From positions 1 to 24,022 of the IMG/VR virus record IMGVR_UViG_3300006118_000487: DNA of 24,022 nt; one strand, written 5' to 3'. The notes below the pieces were generated by a model that searched no databases, had not been told where the DNA came from, and saw only the letters and a list, made by a program, of their open reading frames with translations. Source of the stretch: a virus (Duplodnaviria; Caudoviricetes). The position numbers were made by a program, and so were the translations under genes. Shown one piece after another: positions 9,137 to 16,000 of the stretch; the first letter of the stretch is position 1, and the number at the start of each line of letters is the position of its first letter.

Positions 9137-10470
9137 TGACTGCAACTAACAAGAAATCAGGCGGTGGAGCGCCGCCGCCTCCTCCGCCATCTTTGCTTGG
9201 TGGGGGTGGAAGCACCGCTGTCTACAGTCTGTCCGGTGCGCCGGAAGGGAAGATTTACAACGGTGGCACGTTCTACGATGCCGATTCACTTGATGTCTTT
9301 CTTGGCAATCTTGCTCGGCACCCAGGAGACCTTGCTGCTGCTTACAACTGGCTTACCAATCAATCTCCGTCTGGCAATGTTGGTCAAGAGATTGACGTAA
9401 TCCGCAAAGCATACGCTGCTGCGGGTGGTGCCAAGACAAGCCTGTTCACGCTGTACCCGACGCAAGGCGGATATGACCTAGCCACCGGTACTAGAAGGAG
9501 TCCTAGTAACTCAGCATCGGGTCCATCTTCCAACCCGACTATTGTTTTTGGCAGTTCCGGTCCCGGTGCGCAGGACATGACTGCCAGTGCGGAGTTGTCT
9601 GCTTACTCGCAGGTGCTTGGAAACTTGGGCGCATGGGGGCTTGAATCTCTTTCTGATCAAGCGTGGCAGATGATTTCTGACCCCGGCTACCACCTCAACG
9701 CCGGCCTTGTCATGCAGCAGATTCGACAAACCCCTGAGTACAAGGCTGCGTTCCCCGGTATGGATGAGATCAAGAACAAGGGTCTCGACATGACGGAGAA
9801 CCAGTACCTCAATCACAAGATGGACATTCAGGACCAGTTTGCCAACTCGGGCATCCCTACCAAGATGCTGACCCCCGAGGAGATGGGGAAGCTGATTTCC
9901 AACGGTGTGTATCAGGGCAACCTTGCCGCTCGTTTGCAGAAGGGCTACGAGATGGTCAAGAACGCCGATCCGTACATCAAAAAGACGTTGCAGGATTGGT
10001 ACGGCGTGAAGCCCGGACACCTCCTCGCCTACATGGTGTCGCCCAAGCATGGACAGCAGCAGATCGTCAAGGAAGTCCAGGCTGCCATGATCAACACCGA
10101 GGCGCACAACGCCAAGTTCAATGGTCTTGATCAAAAGACTGCCGAGCAGTTGTCCAAGCAGATGACCTCTGGTGGGTATGGCATGGACACCTACAAGACG
10201 GGCTTTGCCAAGGCCGCAGGTGAACAGCCGTTGGAGCAGGCGCAGATCGGTCAGCGTGGTCAGGCTACGGTCTCGCAGCAGCAGATCCTTGCCGGCACGT
10301 TCGCAGGCTTGAAGGAGCCGGGTGTCGGCTCACAGGCTGAGGCTCAGCGTGCAATCGAGCTGGCTTCTCAGGCACGCACCGCAGGCTTGCAGGGTGGTGG
10401 TGGCTACGCACAGAACGCCTCGGGTGGACTCGGTATCGGTTCTGCCAGCAGCGAAGGCACCGGCAAGTAG
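9136..10470 (+). CDS. Putative internal virion / ejection protein (444 aa)
   Basis: Coupled ORF with an IRQTPEYKAAFPG motif, a Q/A-rich helical C-terminal half and a Gly-rich end. Last of the cluster of large ORFs between portal and scaffold. Confidence 0.6.
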   Translation: MTATNKKSGGGAPPPPPPSLLGGGGSTAVYSLSGAPEGKIYNGGTFYDADSLDVFLGNLARHPGDLAAAYNWLTNQSPSGNVGQEIDVIRKAYAAAGGAKTSLFTLYPTQGGYDLATGTRRSPSNSASGPSSNPTIVFGSSGPGAQDMTASAELSAYSQVLGNLGAWGLESLSDQAWQMISDPGYHLNAGLVMQQIRQTPEYKAAFPGMDEIKNKGLDMTENQYLNHKMDIQDQFANSGIPTKMLTPEEMGKLISNGVYQGNLAARLQKGYEMVKNADPYIKKTLQDWYGVKPGHLLAYMVSPKHGQQQIVKEVQAAMINTEAHNAKFNGLDQKTAEQLSKQMTSGGYGMDTYKTGFAKAAGEQPLEQAQIGQRGQATVSQQQILAGTFAGLKEPGVGSQAEAQRAIELASQARTAGLQGGGGYAQNASGGLGIGSASSEGTGK

Positions 10471-10490
10471 ACACACGCTGTAGCGTTTTC

Positions 10491-10499
10491 TGATACACT
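10491..10499 (+). promoter_or_regulatory. Candidate extended -10 promoter (TG-A-TACACT) for the scaffold/capsid operon
   Basis: TGnTAnnnT match at the start of the only long intergenic gap. TAGACA at 10468-10473 is -35-like but is spaced 20 nt away. Predicted transcription start about 10505-10507. Confidence 0.4.
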
Positions 10500-10501
10500 T
10501 A

Positions 10502-10648
10502 CGTCTAGTGGAGCTTTGGCCGGACTGGTCCGTGAGCTAAGGCCGCTGCCCGATGGGACTCGGCAACCCCATTGTGTAGATGCCAACTTACCCAACTATC
10601 CGTATTCACTTCCTCCGGTGAGTATGCGTAAGGGATGGAGAGATCAAC
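10502..10648 (+). ncRNA. Putative structured cis-regulatory 5' leader of the scaffold gene
   Basis: Several pairings read by eye: cggac/gtccg, tgcc(c)ga/tcggca, cgtcta/tagatg, and a 9-bp stem 10601-10609/10618-10626 whose loop holds TCCTCC, complementary to the SD GGAG at 10637-10640. No family assignment is possible. Confidence 0.45.
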
Positions 10649-11125
10649 ATGAGTGAGTCTGACGAGTTCTACGACGATCAGGATTCCGGTAACCTTGACC
10701 CCAACATTCGGGCCGAACTTCGCAAGTCGAAGGAGCGAGCACGAGAGGCCGAGGATGCCAAGCACGAGGTGATGCAGCTCAAGCGTGAGTTGGCTTTCAC
10801 CAAGGCAGGGATTCCTGAGACTGGCGTTGGAGCACTTCTTCGCAAGGCATACGATGGGGACACCGACCCCGAGGCGATCCGCAAGACCGCCGAGGAGTAC
10901 GGAATCTTCGGAAGCAATGCCAGCGACCAGGAGCGCATTGACCCGGTTCGTGAGGAGCTTGAGCGTCACCGCAGCATCGCAGGTGCAACGGGAACCAGCA
11001 ACTCTGGCCCCAGCCCCATGCAGGAGTTTCTTGCAGCGATGGAGGGTGCCGGTAGTGCAGACGAGATCATGGAGATCATTCGCTCCACGGGCGCCGAGAG
11101 TGGCGTTTTCCCAACAAGCAACTAA
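10649..11125 (+). CDS. Capsid scaffolding protein (158 aa)
   Basis: Acidic N-terminus, coiled coil (ELRKSKERAREAEDAKHEVMQLKRELAF), C-terminal helix-turn-helix-like SADEIMEIIR. Directly upstream of the major capsid gene, SD GGAG 8 nt before the ATG. Confidence 0.8.
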   Translation: MSESDEFYDDQDSGNLDPNIRAELRKSKERAREAEDAKHEVMQLKRELAFTKAGIPETGVGALLRKAYDGDTDPEAIRKTAEEYGIFGSNASDQERIDPVREELERHRSIAGATGTSNSGPSPMQEFLAAMEGAGSADEIMEIIRSTGAESGVFPTSN

Positions 11126-11127
11126 CC

Positions 11128-11157
11128 GGGGAATCCTAGACTCATAGGAGAGTCCCC
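11128..11157 (+). promoter_or_regulatory. Hairpin covering the capsid gene Shine-Dalgarno sequence
   Basis: GGGGA(11128-11132)/TCCCC(11153-11157) and TCCTA(11134-11138)/TAGGA(11145-11149). The SD AGGAG (11146-11150) lies in the 3' arm. Confidence 0.5.
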
Positions 11158-11159
11158 CA

Positions 11160-12149
11160 ATGGCTTACACGCCACCCATGACTACCACGGGTGCGACTAC
11201 GACTACCATTGGTCTTGCGCAGCAGGCGTACGACCGGATGGCTCGATTCGCCCTCCGTCCTGAGCTGTACTTCGACAACGTGGCTGACATCAAGCCCACG
11301 AACCAGTCGATGCCCGGTTCGTCCGTTGTGTTCCCGATCATCTCGGACCTGAGCATTGCCTCGTCCCCGCTGACCGAGAGCACGGATGTCACCCCCTCGG
11401 CCATCTCCGAGAGCACCGTCACCGTGACGCTCGCTGAGTACGGTAACGCCGTGCTGACCACCGCTGCCCTGCGTGGTGAGAGCTACGTCGAGGTGGACCC
11501 AATCGTCGCCAACGTCATCGGCTACAACGCTGGTGTCTCGATTGACGAGGTTGCCCGTGACGTGCTCAAGGCCGGAACGAACGTGGCCTACACGAACGGC
11601 AAGACCGCCCGTACCAGCATCGCCAGCACCGACGCTCTCAAGGCTGCCGATGTCCGTGCTGCGAAGGCTCGTCTGCGCTCGCAGAACGTCCCGAACTTCA
11701 ACGGGTTCTACACCGCCTACATCCACCCGAACGTGGCCTACGACTTCACGTCGGAGACCGGCTCGGCTGCGTGGCGTGACCCGCACACCTACTCGCAGCC
11801 TGGTGAGATTTGGGCCGGTGAGCTGGGTGCCTTCGAGGGCTTCCGCTTCATTGAGACCCCTCGCTCGCCAGTGTTCCAGGGTGGCGGTTCGTCCACCGGA
11901 ACCGTGGGTGCGAACGTCTACGCCACCCTCTGCGTCGGGCGTCAGTCGCTCGCAAAGGCGTGGAGCATGGTCGATGGGAACACCGAGACCCCGCATGTGG
12001 TCCCCGGTCCGATCACCGACTACCTCCGCCGTTTCGTGCCGTGGGGCTGGTACTGGCTGGGTGGCTACGCCATCTACCGTCAGGCGTCGGTGCAGCGCAT
12101 CGAGTCCGGTTCGTCCCTGACCTACAGCGACCCGGCAATCGACCAGTAG
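11160..12149 (+). CDS. Major capsid protein, N4-gp56-like family (HK97 fold), 329 aa
   Basis: Characteristic segments AYDR..FALR, PTNQSMPGSSVVF, VTVTLAEYGNAV, YTAYIHPNVAYD, GELGAFEGFRFIETP, LRRFVPWGWY. Strong C-ending codon bias of a highly expressed gene. Follows the scaffold gene. Confidence 0.92.
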   Translation: MAYTPPMTTTGATTTTIGLAQQAYDRMARFALRPELYFDNVADIKPTNQSMPGSSVVFPIISDLSIASSPLTESTDVTPSAISESTVTVTLAEYGNAVLTTAALRGESYVEVDPIVANVIGYNAGVSIDEVARDVLKAGTNVAYTNGKTARTSIASTDALKAADVRAAKARLRSQNVPNFNGFYTAYIHPNVAYDFTSETGSAAWRDPHTYSQPGEIWAGELGAFEGFRFIETPRSPVFQGGGSSTGTVGANVYATLCVGRQSLAKAWSMVDGNTETPHVVPGPITDYLRRFVPWGWYWLGGYAIYRQASVQRIESGSSLTYSDPAIDQ

Positions 12150-12154
12150 TTAGA

Positions 12155-12286
12155 AGGGGGGGACTGACGTGGTTCAACAGTGTGCGCACTGTGGTTCGTT
12201 CGACATCATGGCAGGCACGGATCACTACCAGTGCCTTTCATGCGGACTCCACACGCACGCTAAGGGCCACAAGTCAGTCCCCCCCT
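12155..12286. repeat. Perfect 14-bp inverted repeat with a 104-nt interior
   Basis: agggggggactgac (12155-12168) is the exact reverse complement of gtcagtccccccct (12273-12286). It extends inward by gtggtt/ggccac (with G-U pairs) across a 2-nt bulge. Confidence 0.9.
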
Positions 12287-12315
12287 CCTCCTACGACCCC
12301 CCGAAGGAGAACTAA
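12169..12315 (+). CDS. Small Zn-ribbon-like protein (48 aa), absent from the supplied ORF track
   Basis: GTG start after a G-rich SD. Translates MVQQCAHCGSFDIMAGTDHYQCLSCGLHTHAKGHKSVPPSSYDPPKEN, with CxxC-x13-CxxC. Its TAA abuts the ATG at 12316. Confidence 0.7.
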   Translation: MVQQCAHCGSFDIMAGTDHYQCLSCGLHTHAKGHKSVPPSSYDPPKEN

Positions 12316-12615
12316 ATGGGCGTCAGCTCACCAACCGGCAACGGCGAGAAGCGTGGACCTGAGTTTGCCGGTATGCCCGGTACTCCTCTCCCCGGCTACC
12401 GTCCCGACCGTGCTGCGGCGAACAACGCTCAGTACGGCATGACGCACGACATGGACAGCGCAATGGCTGCCGATGGTCGTGTGGACATGAAGGACGATGG
12501 CAAGTTCACGAAGATCACCATGCTTCCGAACTTCAACCCGAACCCCACCCGCTCGCACCTTGGCGACCCCCTCATGGGCGCTAAGGTCATTATGAAGGGC
12601 AAGCCCAACCGATGA
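12316..12615 (+). CDS. Hypothetical protein (99 aa, Gly/Pro/Met-rich, probably disordered)
   Basis: SD AAGGAG at 12304-12309, capsid-like codon bias, ATGA overlap with the next ORF. Confidence 0.75.
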   Translation: MGVSSPTGNGEKRGPEFAGMPGTPLPGYRPDRAAANNAQYGMTHDMDSAMAADGRVDMKDDGKFTKITMLPNFNPNPTRSHLGDPLMGAKVIMKGKPNR

Positions 12616-12863
12616 CCCCACAGCGCGTCGAGGACACCAAGATTGCCACGGCTGAGGATCTCTCCGGCCACATGAACAAGGACTACACCTTCCCCAACGT
12701 CCGTGCGATGGGTGGGAAGATGCGTCCGGCAGACGACAACTGGCAGCTCAAGGAGCCGGTGGTCATTCAGGACATCTCCGCTGACTCGCACGGCTCCTGG
12801 GCCAACGGGGTCAAGACCCCCAACGAGGTCCACGGCTTCCCGTTCAAGGTGCGTGAGGTCTGA
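12612..12863 (+). CDS. Hypothetical protein (83 aa)
   Basis: Coupled at both ends (ATGA, TGATG); strong C/G third-position bias. Confidence 0.75.
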   Translation: MTPQRVEDTKIATAEDLSGHMNKDYTFPNVRAMGGKMRPADDNWQLKEPVVIQDISADSHGSWANGVKTPNEVHGFPFKVREV

Positions 12864-13045
12864 TGCGCGAGTCTCAGGTGGACACTTGCGGTAAGGCGTG
12901 CGGCGATGGCTGCCCCTCTTGCGGTGCGTCCTTCTCAATCAACTTCAAGCCACGGGACATCCGTGGTGACTTCTTCGGCATCCCCGACCCCAAGCTTGAG
13001 GGCGAAGGCGGGACCGAGCAGACCAACGACACTGATTCCTACTAG
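12863..13045 (+). CDS. Small Cys-cluster protein (60 aa)
   Basis: Coupled start, CGKACGDGCPSC motif, acidic tail. Its stop overlaps the AGGAG SD of the next gene. Confidence 0.65.
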   Translation: MRESQVDTCGKACGDGCPSCGASFSINFKPRDIRGDFFGIPDPKLEGEGGTEQTNDTDSY

Positions 13046-13053
13046 GAGATTAC

Positions 13054-16000
13054 ATGGCCCGTCTGCGGTTTGATGCCGTCAAGGGTGCGTTGGACGCGGC
13101 CCTTGATACTGGTACCACCACTATCTCGTCTCCTGGTCTTGCACGACTTGGTGCGGTTGCATCTCCCAATGTTGCCCTGATCTGTTTGTATGGGGTAGAC
13201 CCCAACGGCAATATCACCAGCTCGGAGAACGTTTACGTCACCGCTCACACGGCTGGTTCTACTTTTGCCACGATTACTCGTGCAGGTGATGGAACCACTG
13301 CTGGACAGTGGGTGGTCGGTAGCCAGTGGACGCATGGATTTGGTGTTGCTGACGTTGCCGACATTGAGGCCAACTCCACCAGTGGCGTTACCACTTTCAA
13401 CACCCGCTCGGGTGCTGTCACGCTTACCAAGAGCGACGTGACCGGCACCGGCCTCACCTACACCGACGTTGGCGCTGACGCTTCAGGTGCTGCCGCATCT
13501 GCGCAGAGCGCAGCGCAGACCTACTCCGACCGCTACGCAGGCTCCGCCGCCGGCACAAGCGGGCGACCGCTTGCCGCCACGGACGCCAGCGTCACCAACC
13601 CACGCACGCCGACCGCTCACGCCTCGACGCACGGCGTCGTCGGCTCCGACCCGGTGGCGATTGCCTCGTCTCAGGTCAGCGGCCTCGGTGGAGCGGCGGC
13701 CCTCAACGTCGGCACGACCACCGGCACCGTCGCCGCAGGAGACGACAGCCGGATTACGGGCGCAGCTCAGACGGCAAACAACCTCTCCGACCTTGCCAGC
13801 ACTTCAACCGCCAGAACAAACCTCGGCCTCGGATCGTCGGCAATCACCTCATCGTCCGTCCTCAACGTCCTCGACTACGGCGTCGTCAACGATGCCTACC
13901 TCGGCGCGGGCGGTACCTTGTCAAGCAGCACTTGGACCGACTCGGCGGCACCGTTCACTTCGGCATCGGTCGGCAAGTCCATCTGGATCGAGCAGACAAA
14001 CGGCGTCTGGTTCCGCACCACCATCGCCACCTACATCTCGTCCACGCAAGTCACGATCACCGCCACGCCAGCCACCGTCGACTTCCAAGGCGTCTACATC
14101 TTCGGCACCGACAACTCGACGGCGCTAACGAGCTTGTGGTCTACGGCCACCACCCTCGCCAACAGCGGACAAGCCAAGCCCGTCTACTTCCCGGCAGGCG
14201 GCTACCTGTTCAACACGGGCATCTTGTCTCGTACCACGCTGGCGCAGAGTGCCATCCAGATCCTCGGCGGCGGTTTGCAACAGACGACGTTCTACCCGAT
14301 CAACGTCTCCGCCACTCCCGGCGCGTGCGTCACGACCTCAATGACCGACACGGCGTACTGGTACTCCGGGCCGGTCAACATCTCGACGCCCAAGATCGCC
14401 CCGGTGCTCGACTTCGCCATCAATGGCAACCTCACCGGCACCGGCGACATTGGCATTGACCACGGTCCCGGCATCGGTGGGATCTATCGCGTCTACGTTG
14501 CCAACTTTGACCAGGTGCCCGACACCACCTACCCGACCTCGGGCAACGCCGGCGGACGTGGCTGGCGCATCCGCAACCTGATCGTCAGCGGGACCACCCG
14601 CTACACCGAGCAGACCAAGTTCCTCGCCGGCGCAGGCGTCGACAAGTGCTTCGTCGGCGTGGAGATTGACGCCGCCACCGGCACGAACTCCTTCGAGGGG
14701 ACCAACTTTGAGAACTTCCAGGTGCGCATCACCGAGCCGGGCGCTCGTGCGTTCATGGTGCGCGGCTCAGGAACTGTCTCGGCGCTCCTGTACCACTCCA
14801 CAATCAACGCCAATGGCGTTGTTGGGCCGGGGTGCTCGTCCGAGGGCGGGACGTTCTTCCGCTCAAAGATGACGACGGCATTGACCACTGGCCTCAAGCT
14901 CGCAGCCACAACCGCATCGCCTCCCACATACACGGCTAATCAGCAGATCACGGTCAATCTTGCCTCCAACACACTTGTCTCAATCTCGGCGGGCACGACC
15001 ATTCTCATCGGCGGCGTCTACTTCACGAGTCCCTCGTATCAGGCGGTAGGTTCATCGTCGATCAACCTGATCGCTCCCAACGCAAGCGGCACCGTGGGCG
15101 CCAGCACCAACGTCTTGATCCCCTACGGGTTTAGCGGATGCCCTGCCATCATTGGAATAACCTCAGGCTCAGTCTCAGGCACCGTCACGTCTTTGCCGAC
15201 CTCGGCGGGCACCAACTGGCGAGTTCAGGACGGCCAGATCGTCAACCTCGTCAACCCGACGACCATCTCGGCGACCACCACGTCCTCGAGCAACATTGTC
15301 ACGCTCGCTTCGGGCAACACGGCGACGGTCTGGCAGGGATGCAGCGTCCTGATCCCAGGCGCAGGTCCGAGCGGCGGTCCGCTCCTGACCAACGTCACCA
15401 AAGTCCTTTCGAGCACGACGTTCCAGACGCAGACCTCGGCGTCCGTGGCAGTCTCGGGAGCATCGGGCACCGTCAACGTTCAGCAAGCCTTCATGGTCTA
15501 CGGCAACAACGCCTCGGCAGCCACGGCGATCAACACCTACTCGGTCACGGCCAACGCCACCTTCGCTTCGGGTTCGTTCGTCGAACTGCCGCCGGTTGGC
15601 ATTGTTGTCGGCACGCCCAGGCCCGGTGTGAGCAACACGACCACGGACGCTTCCCGCCTCGTCGGATCGGTCGTCAATTGGCAGATGGAGAACAGCGGAG
15701 CGCAAGCCACGTCAATCCTTGCATTTGTTTCGCCGTCCGCCTCAATGCAATACAGCGGTTGGGTCGGGTCTTCCCTCATCAACTACCCGATCGTCCAGGC
15801 ATACGGGACTTTTCAGACGACCGCTGGCACGCTCGCAGCTGGAGCAACCGCAGGACTCACCAACGCTTCTTCGGGCATTGGAATCAAGGGCAACGCTACG
15901 ACTCCGTACGACGTGTTCATTCCCGGCGGCACTGCTTCGGGCGCTCCAAGCTCGGGCACGCACAACCTGTTTGAGATTGTCCCGGATGCCACCGGTGTGC

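Noticed and set aside
10518-10560. Surface resemblance to an HDV-like ribozyme (GGCCGG..TGGTCC...GATGGGAC)
   Set aside because: P1 and P2 partners cannot be placed in the required nested double-pseudoknot order. Kept only as an unassigned structured leader.
11142-11996. 284-aa minus-strand ORF opposite the capsid gene
   Set aside because: Antisense shadow expected from the strong codon bias of the capsid gene.
12147-12170. Stop readthrough or frameshift extending the capsid protein (T7 10B-like)
   Set aside because: Readthrough meets an in-frame TGA after five codons, and the G7 run lies after the stop. No slippery site at the end of the capsid ORF.
12013-12225. tRNA or Rho-independent terminator after the capsid gene
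   Set aside because: No cloverleaf or T-loop consensus and no hairpin followed by a U-tract. The space is explained by the Zn-ribbon ORF and the long inverted repeat.
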